Part shown: positions 10,305 through 20,901 of the stretch, piece by piece
How positions within the stretch are numbered: position 1 is the stretch's first letter
How the letters are laid out: each line of letters opens with the position of its first letter
DNA from: Elusimicrobiota bacterium
GTDB taxonomy: Bacteria > Elusimicrobiota > Elusimicrobia > F11
Assembly: GCA_044221725.1 (NCBI GenBank)
Contig: JBGAON010000001.1
Coordinates: 672,001 to 736,000, forward strand
Direction: 5' to 3'
DNA: 64,000 nucleotides
The notes under the pieces: model-generated
The model's input: the letters and a program-made list of their open reading frames with translations, nothing else
What the model was told of the DNA's origin: nothing
The model's database searches: none
Position numbers and translations under genes: made by a program

Positions 10305-11263
10305 ACGTCTCGGTGGTTGTGCCAACGTACCGACGTCTGGATTTGTTAAAGCGATGTTTGTCGGCACTTTCGAGCCAGAGCCTCGAGCCAGCGTGCTACG
10401 AAATTATCGTGGCGGACGACGGTGCCGATGAACAGGTGGCGGCCGCCGTGGGCAGGTTTCAGGAATATCATGGGCCGCGTATTTCCTACGTTCCGGTGCG
10501 TGGGCCCCACGGTCCAGCGGCCGCACGCAACGCGGGGTGGCGCGCAGCTACTGCACCGATCGTTGCTTTTACCGATGACGATTGCATTCCGGATCGACAA
10601 TGGCTCGAGAAAGGCGTGAAACGTTTTCGTGAGGATAACGTCGTCGCCGTTTCCGGACGCGTGGTGATGCCGATGTCGAAGAATCCTACCGATTATGAAA
10701 GAAGCGCCTCTCACCTCGAGACAGCGGAATTCGTGACGGCGAATTGTTTTTGTCGGCGGGACGCGCTCGAGCGTCTCGACGGATTTGACGAGCGATTTAC
10801 GCGCGCTTGGCGCGAGGACAGTGATTTGCATTTCCGCTTGCTCTCGTGCGGAAACGTCGTGAAAGCGAGCGATGCGATTGTGATCCATCCGATTCGGCCG
10901 GCGGCTTTTGGCGTCGCTCTCACGCAGTTGAAGAACAATTTTTTTGAAGCTTTGCTTTTCAAAAAACACCGGGCGCTCTACCGGGAGCGCATTCGACCGT
11001 TTGTTCCATGGTCCTATTATCTGATGGTTGCTCTGGTTGTCGCGGCAGGGATCGCCTTCGTCTATTCCCACGGCGACGTCGCGTGGTTGATGATGGGGGC
11101 TTGGCTGTTTCTTACGGCCCGCTTTTGCCGGCGGCGACTTCACCGCACCACGCACCGGTTGGGTCACGTGATGGAGATGATTGTCACTTCTGTCCTTATT
11201 CCACCGGTGGCGATCGCTTACCGCGTGGCCGGGGCCATTCGCTACCGCGTTCTGTTCTTGTAG
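10301..11263 (+). CDS. Glycosyltransferase family 2 with C-terminal TM helices
   Basis: VVVPTYRR, VADDG, GPAAARNAG, FTDDD, EDSDL. Confidence 0.9.
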   Translation: MNVSVVVPTYRRLDLLKRCLSALSSQSLEPACYEIIVADDGADEQVAAAVGRFQEYHGPRISYVPVRGPHGPAAARNAGWRAATAPIVAFTDDDCIPDRQWLEKGVKRFREDNVVAVSGRVVMPMSKNPTDYERSASHLETAEFVTANCFCRRDALERLDGFDERFTRAWREDSDLHFRLLSCGNVVKASDAIVIHPIRPAAFGVALTQLKNNFFEALLFKKHRALYRERIRPFVPWSYYLMVALVVAAGIAFVYSHGDVAWLMMGAWLFLTARFCRRRLHRTTHRLGHVMEMIVTSVLIPPVAIAYRVAGAIRYRVLFL

Positions 11264-11270
11264 GAATTGA

Positions 11271-12266
11271 ATGGAACTCCCTAATTTTCTTCAGATCGAA
11301 CCCGTTGGTCAATGCAACTTGCGCTGCCGTATGTGTCCGATTCAGTACCGCAAGGACGGTCCGCCTTACGGTCCGCCCGCGTTCATTTCGTTTGAAAAAT
11401 TCAAAAGGCTTATCGATGGGTTTCCGAATGTTTCGGAACTGCATCTGCAAGGGTTGGGGGAGCCTTTGATGCATCCGCGATTTTTTGACATGGTGCGTTA
11501 CGCGGCCGACAAGCATATCAATGTGAGTGTGAATACGAATTTGACGTTTCTCTCACGCGAAAAAGCCGAGCGTTGCGTTCGGTCCGGTCTGAACACACTT
11601 CACGCCTCCATTGATGGCGCCACCGCGACGACATACGAGTGGATCCGGCGTGGCGCGGATTTCCGTAAGGTGACGAGCAACCTCAATGAGCTCGTTCGCG
11701 CGCGCGATGGGTTGAACAGCGAATTTCCGCACGTTCGGCTCGTTATGGTCGTTATGCGCCGCAACTTACGGGAGTTGCCGGCGCTTGTCGCGATGGCTGT
11801 GCGGTGGAACGTGGAATCGATGTCGGTTCAGCATTTGTGTCACGATTTCACGGAGGAAACGTTGCCCGCCGCGTACGCGCAAATGCGCGATTTCGTAAAC
11901 GAGCAAACCTTGTTAAGCGAAGACCCGGCGCTCGTTGACAGCGTATTCGAGGAAGCGCGCGCCGTGGCCGCGCAACACGACTTCACACTGCGCCTTCCGA
12001 CGATTCGGCCGCATCCAAAAGATTTTCCGTTGGGCGCCAAACGTTGCGATTGGCCGTGGCGGGGCGCCTACGTCAGCTACAACGGCGATGCGATGCCGTG
12101 TTGCATGGTCGCCACGCCCGACCGGATCAATTTCGGAAACATGACCGAGCAGTCGCCGGACGCCGTGTGGAACAACGAACGCTACAGCGAGTTTCGTTCA
12201 AAACTTGCGTCGGAGGATCCGCCTGCGATTTGCCGCGCGTGTTCGGTTTATCGGGGCGTGTTTTGA
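11271..12266 (+). CDS. Radical SAM protein with C-terminal SPASM/twitch domain
   Basis: CNLRCRMC (CxxxCxxC), GLGEPL, C-terminal CDWPW...PCC...CRAC. Confidence 0.92.
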   Translation: MELPNFLQIEPVGQCNLRCRMCPIQYRKDGPPYGPPAFISFEKFKRLIDGFPNVSELHLQGLGEPLMHPRFFDMVRYAADKHINVSVNTNLTFLSREKAERCVRSGLNTLHASIDGATATTYEWIRRGADFRKVTSNLNELVRARDGLNSEFPHVRLVMVVMRRNLRELPALVAMAVRWNVESMSVQHLCHDFTEETLPAAYAQMRDFVNEQTLLSEDPALVDSVFEEARAVAAQHDFTLRLPTIRPHPKDFPLGAKRCDWPWRGAYVSYNGDAMPCCMVATPDRINFGNMTEQSPDAVWNNERYSEFRSKLASEDPPAICRACSVYRGVF

Positions 12267-13693
12267 GCGAGCAGCGTCACCTTTCGGATCGGCGGTTCGT
12301 CGGCTCGCCAAGCGATGAAGAAATTCAGACAAGCTTGCGGGCCTGCGTAAAAGAAGGCGTGGCCGCTCAAGTGATGATCGGTATCTTTGACTATTATCTA
12401 ACGCCCTACGCACTTTTTTTAAACGCTTCCACCGCTGACATCGGAATGTTGGTCGCCATCCCAAATCTGTTTGGTTCGGTCGCGCAACTTTTCAGTGTGA
12501 AGGCGGTTCATTGGGCCGGGGATCGCTTGCGATTGCTCCTCACGTCGACGTGGGTTCAACTTCTGTTTCTTCTGCCCGTTGGTTTTCTCATCTACGCGCC
12601 ATCGAAATGGCGCCTTCCGTTATTGATTTTGTTGATCACGGTTTTCCGTACGATTGGCAGTCTCATTGGCCCCGCGTGGGGCAGTTTGGTCAGCGAATAC
12701 TTGCCGCCCAACCGCCGCGGTCATTTCATGGGATGGCGGTCTCGGTGGGTTTCGATCGCTGGACTTGCCGGCGTTGCGTTCTGGGGATTGTTTCTCTTTT
12801 ATTGGAAACAGTTTGGCAGTCAAGCGGTCGGATTTATCATCTTGTTTTTGGGTGCCGTTGCCTCCCGTTCGTTATCGCTGCGGTACATGTCGCGCATGGC
12901 CAATTTGCCGATGCACAAAGATGAGGAAAGTGAATTTACTCTTTGGATGTTTTTACGCCGGTTCCGCGAGAGTAATTTTGTGAAGTTTGTCTTTTATGTC
13001 GCGACGGTAACGTTCGCGACGCAACTGACGGCGCCTTACTTCAGCGTGCATATGCTGCGCGATTTGAAATTCAATTACGTTGCGTATATGAGCGTGCACA
13101 TGGCGTCCATTGTGACCGGTTTGTTGTCTTTTCCGATTTGGGGACGGCACGCCGACCACGTGGGAAACGCGAAGATTCTTAAAGTGACGAGTTTCGCGTT
13201 GCCGGTGATTCCGTTGTTGTGGCTTGTCGCGCGGCAACCCGTGATTCTTGTTCTCGTGGAAATGATGTCCGGTTTTGTATGGGGCGGCTTCACGTTGTGC
13301 GCGACGAACTTTATTTACGATGCGGTGAGTCCGTCAAAACGCGTGCGCTGTCTGAGTTATTTCAATCTGATCAATGGTGCGGCGGTTTGCCTCGGAGCGT
13401 TGAGTGGCGGTTATCTTGCTGAACACGTGCCGCCGTATTTCGGGTTGCCGCTCGGCGCGCTTTTTTTGATTTCCGCGGGCGCTCGTTTCCTGGCTGATTT
13501 CCTGCTCGCGCGACACTTTGAAGAGGTCCGTGCCGAGACGATACCGGTGTCAAGTTCTCAACTGTTCTTCAGTGTGATTGGCGTGCAGACGTTCCTTGGG
13601 AGAAACGAAGAGCTCCGACCCGTGCCTCTCGCAAAAGATGTGAATTTCGGAACGCATGCCCCCGGTTCCGATCGGCGTCACGCCAAAAAATAA
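12263..13693 (+). CDS. MFS transporter
   Basis: About 12 hydrophobic segments in two halves; WGRHADHVGNAK motif-A-like loop; start codon approximate. Confidence 0.8.
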   Translation: MSEQRHLSDRRFVGSPSDEEIQTSLRACVKEGVAAQVMIGIFDYYLTPYALFLNASTADIGMLVAIPNLFGSVAQLFSVKAVHWAGDRLRLLLTSTWVQLLFLLPVGFLIYAPSKWRLPLLILLITVFRTIGSLIGPAWGSLVSEYLPPNRRGHFMGWRSRWVSIAGLAGVAFWGLFLFYWKQFGSQAVGFIILFLGAVASRSLSLRYMSRMANLPMHKDEESEFTLWMFLRRFRESNFVKFVFYVATVTFATQLTAPYFSVHMLRDLKFNYVAYMSVHMASIVTGLLSFPIWGRHADHVGNAKILKVTSFALPVIPLLWLVARQPVILVLVEMMSGFVWGGFTLCATNFIYDAVSPSKRVRCLSYFNLINGAAVCLGALSGGYLAEHVPPYFGLPLGALFLISAGARFLADFLLARHFEEVRAETIPVSSSQLFFSVIGVQTFLGRNEELRPVPLAKDVNFGTHAPGSDRRHAKK

Positions 13694-13839
13694 CAACCAC
13701 CGTCCGCACGCGCTCAGACTGGTAAAGATAAAACGGAAATCCACATCGGTCCGCGAGCGCCAACGATCTTCATCGGTTTGCGTATGTAGAGAATAGCCTC
13801 ACCGTGAGCAATTCCCAAAATCCCGGCGCCGAGTGAACA

Positions 13840-14424
13840 ATGCCTCAGATCTTTCATCGCGGTTTCAATCCATTATCGAAGGCCAGTATTTTTGGAGGAA
13901 TTTTTATTGTGGCCGCCATAATTTATGTTTTTGATTTGCTGTACAAGAGCCCTTACGTTAACGAAAAGCTCGTTATTCGTGAACAACCAATTCCATTCAG
14001 TCACCGGCATCACGTGAACGAATTGGGCATCGATTGTCGTTTCTGTCACACGTCAGCGGCTTTGTCGTCGTTTGCCGGAATTCCGTCGCTTCAAACCTGC
14101 ATGACATGTCATTCGCAGATTTGGACGAACGCCGAAATGCTCGAGCCCCTGCGCCGGGCCTACGCCGCCGGTGAAACCATTAAGTGGGTGCGCGTTAATT
14201 CCGTGCCGCAGTTCGTGTACTTCGACCACAGCATCCACGTGAACAAAGGCGTTGCTTGCACCACGTGCCACGGGCCGATCGACAAAATGCCGCTCACGTG
14301 GCGACAGTCGACGCTCGAGATGAAATGGTGTCTTTCGTGCCACGAGCATCCCGGAAAATTTGTTTCGCAAATCGCCGGGGCGAGAATCAGAAAAGTAACG
14401 GACTGTATCGCATGTCACCGCTAA
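13840..14424 (+). CDS. actA: Alternative complex III subunit ActA, pentaheme cytochrome c
   Basis: MPQIF start, N-terminal TM, QPIPFSHRHH, five CxxCH motifs (CRFCH, CMTCH, CTTCH, CLSCH, CIACH). Confidence 0.92.
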   Translation: MPQIFHRGFNPLSKASIFGGIFIVAAIIYVFDLLYKSPYVNEKLVIREQPIPFSHRHHVNELGIDCRFCHTSAALSSFAGIPSLQTCMTCHSQIWTNAEMLEPLRRAYAAGETIKWVRVNSVPQFVYFDHSIHVNKGVACTTCHGPIDKMPLTWRQSTLEMKWCLSCHEHPGKFVSQIAGARIRKVTDCIACHR

Positions 14425-17375
14425 ACTTTGACGACATCCGCGCGCGATTGGCAAGCAGTCACGGTTCCGAATATTGGCGCAGTCTCGATGAACTGGCCGA
14501 TACCGAAGAGTTTCGAGATTTTGTGAGGCACGAATTTCCCCGCGACGTGGAAACCTGGCTCGAGCCGATGTCGCGCCGATCGTTTTTGAAACTCATGGGT
14601 GCGTCGCTGGCGATGGCGTTTTTCAGCGGCTGTCGCAAGCCGCTCGAACATATTCTTCCTTACAATAAAGCGCCCGAGGGAGTGATTCCAGGAAAGCCAC
14701 TCTATTTCGCGTCGGCGTTGCCGTTTCAAGGTTACGCGCGCGGCGTGCTCGTCGAGACGCACATGGGACGGCCCACAAAAATTGAAGGAAACCCGCAACA
14801 CCCGGATAGCCTTGGCGCGACCGACATTTTTTCGCAAGCGGCCACGCTTGAATTCTACGATCCGGACCGCTCGCAAACCGTTGTCCAAAATGGATTGCCG
14901 CATACATGGGATTCGTTTTTTGGTTCGTTGAAGGCGCTCATCGACCGACAAAAGGAAAAAAGGGGCGCGGGGTTGAGAATTCTCACCGAAACCGTAACGT
15001 CCCCGTCGTTGGGAGCGCAGCTGCACGGCATTCAACGTGCGTTCCCAGAGCTTGTGTGGCACCAATACGAGCCCGTGAACCGCGACAACGTTCACGCGGG
15101 GGCGCTGCTGGCGTTCGGCAAATCACTGGATGTGCGTTACAGGTTCTCGGACGCCAACGTCATCGTGTCGATCGACAGCGATTTCCTAACAGCGGTCCCC
15201 GGCGGCCTTCGTTACGCCAATGATTTTTCGAAGCGGCGGCGGTATGAACGCGGGAAATCAGAAATGAACAGGCTGTATGTGATCGAAAGCAATCCATCGA
15301 TCACCGGTAGCATGGCCGACCACCGATTGCCCTTGGGGCCTGCCGCGATTGACACTTTTGCGCGCGTGCTGGCGGCCGAATTGGGAATAAAAAATATTTC
15401 AAAATCGGGCGTCGCGCTCGGATCAGAGAACATGGTATGGCTCCGTGCGGTTGCGGCCGACCTGAGAAAAAACCGTGGATCCAGCATCATCGTTGCGGGA
15501 TATGCGCAGCCGGCCGTTGTGCACGCGCTGGTTCATGCGATGAACGACGCGCTGGGCAACCACGGGCGAACCATCGAAATTACGGCGGCCGCTCAAGTGA
15601 ATCCGGTCGATCAATTGGATTCTCTCGAAACACTGGTGCGGGAGATGCGCGCGGGTGGTGTGGAACTGCTGCTGATGTTTGGTGGAAATCCGGTCTATTC
15701 GGCGCCGAGTGATTTCAATTTCGCTGACGCGCTCACGAACGTGCCGACGCGTGTGCACGCGAATATCTACGAAGATGAAACGTCCGCTGCCTGTCATTGG
15801 CATGTGCCGCGCGCCCACGCACTCGAATCGTGGGGAGACGCGCGCGCTTTTGATGGCACCGTCTCAATTGTTCAGCCACAAATTCAGCCGCTGTACGACG
15901 GGAAAACGGACGGTGAGATTTTATCGCTGTTGTTCGACGCGAATCCGCGGTCGGGGTATGATCTTGTGCGCGACCATTGGAAACAACACGCCGCCCACGC
16001 CGACTTCGAATCCTTCTGGAAAAAATCGTTGAACGATGGTGTGGTGCCCAATACCGCGAGTTCACCAACGTCGGCGCGCATGCACGGTGTGAGTGCTTGG
16101 GTGCCGCAGATTCCATTGGCCGAGAGCGAATTGGAAATTCTATTTCAGCCGGACCCGACGATTTGGGATGGCCGTTACACAAACAACGGTTGGTTGCAGG
16201 AATTGCCGAAGCCTATCACGAAATTCACGTGGGGCAACGCCGCGCTTGTTTCTCCGGCGCTGGCGGAGATCCGCGGTTTGGACAACGGTGACGTGGTGCG
16301 ACTCGAATGGCAGGACCGAACTGTCGAAGCTCCCATATGGATTGTTCCGGGTCACGCCGAGCGTACGGTGACCGTAACGTTCGGTTATGGCCGCACGCAC
16401 CCGGGCCGTGTTGGTGCGGGGCTTGGGTTTAACGCGTACGCGTTACGAACCTCTGAGGCCATGTGGTCGGGCCCTGGGCTTGTGCTTGAAAAAACCGGTC
16501 GCCGAGTTTCACTGGCCAGCACCCAGCATCATTACTCGATGGAAGGCCGTGATCTCATTCGCGTCGCCACACCCGATGAGATGCAGAAAAACGAAAGCTC
16601 TCCCCGTGAAAAGGAAACGCTCTACAATTATTCGAAACCGGCAGCGTCCGACGATTACGCGTGGGGAATGGCGATTGATTTAAACACGTGCATTGGTTGC
16701 AGCGCGTGCACCATTGCGTGTCAGGCGGAAAACAATATTCCGATCGTCGGAAAGGAGCAGGTCGAGCGCGGGCGAGAAATGCATTGGATTCGCGTGGACC
16801 GCTATCACACCGGTGGTTTGGACAATCCGAAATCGTATCCGCAGCCGGTCCCATGCATGCACTGCGAAGAAGCGCCGTGCGAACTCGTGTGTCCCGTCGG
16901 TGCGACGAGTCACAGCGACGAAGGTTTGAACCAAATGGTTTACAACCGCTGCATTGGCACGCGTTACTGTTCGAACAATTGTCCGTACAAAGTGCGACGG
17001 TTCAACTTCCTGAATTACACGGAGATGATCAAAGGGCCTTTGAAGATGATGGAGAACCCCGACGTCACGGTGCGCAGCCGCGGTGTTATGGAAAAGTGCA
17101 CCTACTGCGTTCAGCGAATTCAGCAGGCGAAAATAGGGGCGGAAAAAGAAAATCGTTTGGTCCGTGACGGTGAAGTTGTTCCGGCGTGTGCGCAAGTTTG
17201 CCCATCCAAAGCCATCGTTTTTGGAAATCTCAAAGATCCAACGAGCGCCGTGGTCAAACAAAAGTCCGATGGTCGCGATTACGGGATTTTAACCGAGCTC
17301 GGCACGCGCCCGCGAACCACCTATCAAACCCGACTGCACAACCCAAACCCAGCCATTAACGAGAGCAGCCTGTGA
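14412..17375 (+). CDS. actB: Alternative complex III subunit ActB (molybdopterin-oxidoreductase-like plus Fe-S domain)
   Basis: YWRSLDEL, Tat motif SRRSFLKLMGAS...GC, GRPTKIEGNP, Cys motifs CIGCSACTIAC, CMHCEEAPC, CIGTRYCSNNCP, EKCTYC. Confidence 0.93.
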   Translation: MSPLNFDDIRARLASSHGSEYWRSLDELADTEEFRDFVRHEFPRDVETWLEPMSRRSFLKLMGASLAMAFFSGCRKPLEHILPYNKAPEGVIPGKPLYFASALPFQGYARGVLVETHMGRPTKIEGNPQHPDSLGATDIFSQAATLEFYDPDRSQTVVQNGLPHTWDSFFGSLKALIDRQKEKRGAGLRILTETVTSPSLGAQLHGIQRAFPELVWHQYEPVNRDNVHAGALLAFGKSLDVRYRFSDANVIVSIDSDFLTAVPGGLRYANDFSKRRRYERGKSEMNRLYVIESNPSITGSMADHRLPLGPAAIDTFARVLAAELGIKNISKSGVALGSENMVWLRAVAADLRKNRGSSIIVAGYAQPAVVHALVHAMNDALGNHGRTIEITAAAQVNPVDQLDSLETLVREMRAGGVELLLMFGGNPVYSAPSDFNFADALTNVPTRVHANIYEDETSAACHWHVPRAHALESWGDARAFDGTVSIVQPQIQPLYDGKTDGEILSLLFDANPRSGYDLVRDHWKQHAAHADFESFWKKSLNDGVVPNTASSPTSARMHGVSAWVPQIPLAESELEILFQPDPTIWDGRYTNNGWLQELPKPITKFTWGNAALVSPALAEIRGLDNGDVVRLEWQDRTVEAPIWIVPGHAERTVTVTFGYGRTHPGRVGAGLGFNAYALRTSEAMWSGPGLVLEKTGRRVSLASTQHHYSMEGRDLIRVATPDEMQKNESSPREKETLYNYSKPAASDDYAWGMAIDLNTCIGCSACTIACQAENNIPIVGKEQVERGREMHWIRVDRYHTGGLDNPKSYPQPVPCMHCEEAPCELVCPVGATSHSDEGLNQMVYNRCIGTRYCSNNCPYKVRRFNFLNYTEMIKGPLKMMENPDVTVRSRGVMEKCTYCVQRIQQAKIGAEKENRLVRDGEVVPACAQVCPSKAIVFGNLKDPTSAVVKQKSDGRDYGILTELGTRPRTTYQTRLHNPNPAINESSL

Positions 17376-18703
17376 TCAAAACACCGTTGGTCCGACCGGG
17401 ACATACGTACCAAACAGTTACCGACAAAATCAGTTCGATTGTGCTCACGCGCAAAACGCCGCGCGCGTGGATGATGGGTGCATCGCTTTCGTTTGGTCTT
17501 GTGCTCGTTCTGCTCTATGCGATCACGTATTTGTTTGCCAAGGGCGTTGGGATTTGGGGTGTCAATGTTCCGGTCGCGTGGGGTTTTGCGATTGCAAACT
17601 TTGTTTGGTGGATTGGTATTGGGCACGCCGGAACGCTGATATCCGCAATCCTTTTGCTGATGCATCAGAAGTGGAGAAACTCCATCAATCGGTTCGCTGA
17701 GGCGATGACGCTTTTCGCGGTTTCGTGCGCGGGACTTTTCCCGGTTCTTCATTTGGGACGGCCATGGGTTTTTTATTGGCTCTTTCCGTACCCGGACACA
17801 ATGAAACTCTGGCCGCAATTTCGCAGTCCGCTCGTGTGGGACGTGTTTGCGGTCTCGACCTACGCCACGATTTCATTTTTATTTTGGTTCATTGGACTGC
17901 TTCCGGATTTGGCGTCCATGCGCGATCAGGCAAAAAAACGCTGGCTGCGGATTTTTTACGGCGTGCTCGCCATGGGATGGCGCGGCTCCGCGCGCCACTG
18001 GTTCCGGTACGAACGCGCGTATTGGATTTTGGCTGGCCTCGCGACGCCGCTCGTGGTGTCGGTGCACAGCGTTGTTAGTTTCGATTTTGCGGTCGCTCAG
18101 TTGCCGGGTTGGCATTCGACAATCTTTCCGCCGTATTTTGTCGCCGGTGCCATTTACTCCGGTTTCGCAATGGTGGCGACGCTCGCGATCCCTTTGCGGC
18201 GAATTTATCACCTGGAAGATTTCATTACGTCACGTCACTTGGAAAACATGGCCAAGATAATTCTCGCGACAAGCCTCATTGTGACCTACAGCTACATGGC
18301 GGAGATATTTATCGGTTGGTACAGCGGCAATGTGTTCGAGATAGCGGTTGCAAGAAACCGCGCGTTCGGTCCTTACGCGGTCCTTTACTGGCTGTTGATT
18401 CTTTGCAATGTCGGTGTGCCGCAGTTGTTGTGGTTAAAAAAAGTGCGTCTCAGCGTGCCGGCGCTCTTTGTGGTCTGCGTCATTGTGAACATTGGAATGT
18501 GGCTCGAGCGCTACGTCATCATTGTGACCGCGCTGAGCCGCGATTTTCTTCCGTCGTCGTGGGGAACCTATCACGGTACCGTGTGGGACTTTGCGACGCT
18601 GTTCGGTTCCATGGGTCTATTTATCGCGCTCCTGTTTATTTTTGTTCGCATATTGCCGGCGATTTCGATGTTCGAGACGCGTCAACTCGTGGAGCGAGAA
18701 TGA
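17372..18703 (+). CDS. actC: Alternative complex III subunit ActC (NrfD/PsrC family)
   Basis: NFVWWIGIGHAGTLISA, RFAEAMT, HLGRPW, WPQFRSPLVWD, PGWHSTIFPPYFVAGAI. Confidence 0.93.
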   Translation: MIKTPLVRPGHTYQTVTDKISSIVLTRKTPRAWMMGASLSFGLVLVLLYAITYLFAKGVGIWGVNVPVAWGFAIANFVWWIGIGHAGTLISAILLLMHQKWRNSINRFAEAMTLFAVSCAGLFPVLHLGRPWVFYWLFPYPDTMKLWPQFRSPLVWDVFAVSTYATISFLFWFIGLLPDLASMRDQAKKRWLRIFYGVLAMGWRGSARHWFRYERAYWILAGLATPLVVSVHSVVSFDFAVAQLPGWHSTIFPPYFVAGAIYSGFAMVATLAIPLRRIYHLEDFITSRHLENMAKIILATSLIVTYSYMAEIFIGWYSGNVFEIAVARNRAFGPYAVLYWLLILCNVGVPQLLWLKKVRLSVPALFVVCVIVNIGMWLERYVIIVTALSRDFLPSSWGTYHGTVWDFATLFGSMGLFIALLFIFVRILPAISMFETRQLVERE

Positions 18704-19230
18704 AACCGCTTTTTGGAATGATGGCCGAATTTGATTCTCCGGCAGCGCTGCTTTCGGCAGCGCATCTCACGCACGATAAAGGTTACCGAAGCACGGATGC
18801 CTACACGCCTTTTCCCGTCGAGGGTTTAAGCGAAGCGCTCGGTTTTTCGAAGACACGCATGCCTCTCGTCATTTTGATTGGCGGAATTTGTGGATGCATG
18901 GCCGGCTACCTTTTGCAGACATGGGCGATGGTGTGGAGCTACCCTCTCAATATCGGCAATCGCCCTCTGCACAGTTGGCCCGCGTTTATTCCTGTCACGT
19001 TCGAACTGACCATCCTTTTTGCGGGTCTCGCAGCGGTGTTCGGTATGTTGGCCGCCAACGGATTGCCGATGCCGTACCACCCGGTGTTCAACGTGCCACG
19101 TTTTGCGTTGGCGTCGCGCTCGCAATTCTTTCTTTGCATCGAAGCCCGCGATCCGTTGTTTGAAACCGAGGCCGTGCGCAAATTTCTCATGTCGCTTGAA
19201 CCCACGGGCGTTTATGACGTCGAGCCGTGA
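18700..19230 (+). CDS. actD: Alternative complex III subunit ActD (DUF3341)
   Basis: DAYTPFPVEGL, YPLNIGNRP, WPAFIPVTFELTILF; operon position. Confidence 0.9.
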   Translation: MKPLFGMMAEFDSPAALLSAAHLTHDKGYRSTDAYTPFPVEGLSEALGFSKTRMPLVILIGGICGCMAGYLLQTWAMVWSYPLNIGNRPLHSWPAFIPVTFELTILFAGLAAVFGMLAANGLPMPYHPVFNVPRFALASRSQFFLCIEARDPLFETEAVRKFLMSLEPTGVYDVEP

Positions 19231-19774
19231 ACGCGCGATAACGCTTGCGGCAGGTATATTTCTTTTCTGTTCGTGCGGAGGATGCCGACACGGTATGGAG
19301 GAACAGCCGAAGTTTGAACCGTTTCAAGAGAATCCGTTTTTCGCGGACGGTAATTCGGCTCGGCCGCGCGTGCCGGGCACGGTGGCGCACGGATCGTTTG
19401 CCGGCACGGATCCGACGAAAAAAAGGCCTTTCTCTGTGACGCGCGAGCGCTTGGAAAAAGGGCGACAAAGTTACGATGTGTTTTGTTCGGCGTGTCACGA
19501 CCGGGTGGGAGCCGGTGCCGGAATGATTGTGCAGCGCGGTTTTCCAGCGCCCGCGACGTTTCACAGCGAGCGTTTGAGGAATGCGTCGGATAATTATTTC
19601 TTCGATGCGATCACAAACGGATTCGGTCGCATGTATCCATTTGCGGATCGGATCCCAATCGAGGAAAGATGGGAGATCGTTGCGTACATTCGGGTTTTGC
19701 AACTCAGTCAGAACGTGCGCGTGAAGGATATCCCAAAAGCGGCGCGTGAGAAACTTGAACGGACGTCCCAATGA
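19214..19774 (+). CDS. actE: Alternative complex III subunit ActE, monoheme cytochrome c lipoprotein
   Basis: Lipoprotein-like GC, MEEQPKF, CSACH heme motif, GFGRM axial Met, RWEIVAYIRVLQ. Confidence 0.88.
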   Translation: MTSSRERAITLAAGIFLFCSCGGCRHGMEEQPKFEPFQENPFFADGNSARPRVPGTVAHGSFAGTDPTKKRPFSVTRERLEKGRQSYDVFCSACHDRVGAGAGMIVQRGFPAPATFHSERLRNASDNYFFDAITNGFGRMYPFADRIPIEERWEIVAYIRVLQLSQNVRVKDIPKAAREKLERTSQ

Positions 19775-20901
19775 ACGCCACGCACGCCGCTACGATTAAA
19801 AAATTCGAACGCGTCTCGGCGATTGTTGGCATCGTCGTTGGGATTGCGGGTGTCTTAGCGAGCCCCACTCAGTTTTTTCGCTCCTATCTCTTTGCGTTTA
19901 TGTTTTGGTTCGGAATGGGCATCGGTTGTTTGGGGATTGTTCTGTTGCTGCACGTGGTCGGGGGGACCTGGAGCGATTTGATTCGTCCGCTGCTCGAGGC
20001 GGGGGCGTCCACACTTCCGTGGCTCGCGATCTGCTTTGTGCCGATTTTGTTTGGCATTGAAAAAATTTATCCGTGGGCGCGGGCGGATGCCGTTGCCGGT
20101 GATGTCGTGCTGCAGCACAAGCGCGCCTATTTGAATGTTCCGTTTTTTGTTCTCCGCGCGGTCGCTTGTCTGACGCTTTGGTCGCTTATGGCGGTGCGCC
20201 TCAATCGTTGGTCCGATCCGCGGAACGCACCGCTCGAGGAGCGAGCGCGCCGGTACAGCGGTGTGGGTTTGTTTATTTACTTTCTCACCCTTCTTTTCTG
20301 CTTAACCGACTGGACGATGTCGCTCGAGCCGCACTGGTACTCGACGATCTATCAACTGATGGTGGTCGTCGGCCAGGCGCTGGGCGCGCTCGCCTTCGCG
20401 GTCTGTGGGCTTGCGCTTTTTGGTTGTGCGCGCTCGTCGGAGGCAATGCCACCGAAACCGCTTCTCGATCTCGGAAATATGATGCTCACGCTCGTGATGT
20501 TCTGGGCCTACACGGCGTTCTCTCAGTACTTAATTATTTGGTCGGGCGATATTCCGGATGAGATTTCCTGGTATTTGCATCGCCAGCAAGGCGGCTGGTT
20601 CTGGATCGCGATGGTGTTGATCGTGTTTCAATTTTTTCTGCCGTTCACGGTTCTGCTGTTGCGCACCGCCAAGGCACGCCTTGAGCGCCTTGCCGGCGTG
20701 TGCGCTCTCATTGTCGGAGTTCGGATCCTCGAAGTGTATTGGCTGATCGAGCCCGCGTTTTATCCCGGCGATTTTCACATTCATTGGCTCGATGTGGCGC
20801 TTCCGATTGGGTTGGGGGGCGTTTGGTGTTTCGCCTTTTTGAAGACGCTGGAGCGCCGGCCGGCCATCATCGTTGCGTGCATGCCCGAGGCGGCGCCGTG
20901 A
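19771..20901 (+). CDS. actF: Alternative complex III subunit ActF
   Basis: Polytopic membrane protein with DWTMSLEPHWYSTIY, DLGNMM, FSQYLIIWSGDIPDE. Confidence 0.9.
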   Translation: MNATHAATIKKFERVSAIVGIVVGIAGVLASPTQFFRSYLFAFMFWFGMGIGCLGIVLLLHVVGGTWSDLIRPLLEAGASTLPWLAICFVPILFGIEKIYPWARADAVAGDVVLQHKRAYLNVPFFVLRAVACLTLWSLMAVRLNRWSDPRNAPLEERARRYSGVGLFIYFLTLLFCLTDWTMSLEPHWYSTIYQLMVVVGQALGALAFAVCGLALFGCARSSEAMPPKPLLDLGNMMLTLVMFWAYTAFSQYLIIWSGDIPDEISWYLHRQQGGWFWIAMVLIVFQFFLPFTVLLLRTAKARLERLAGVCALIVGVRILEVYWLIEPAFYPGDFHIHWLDVALPIGLGGVWCFAFLKTLERRPAIIVACMPEAAP

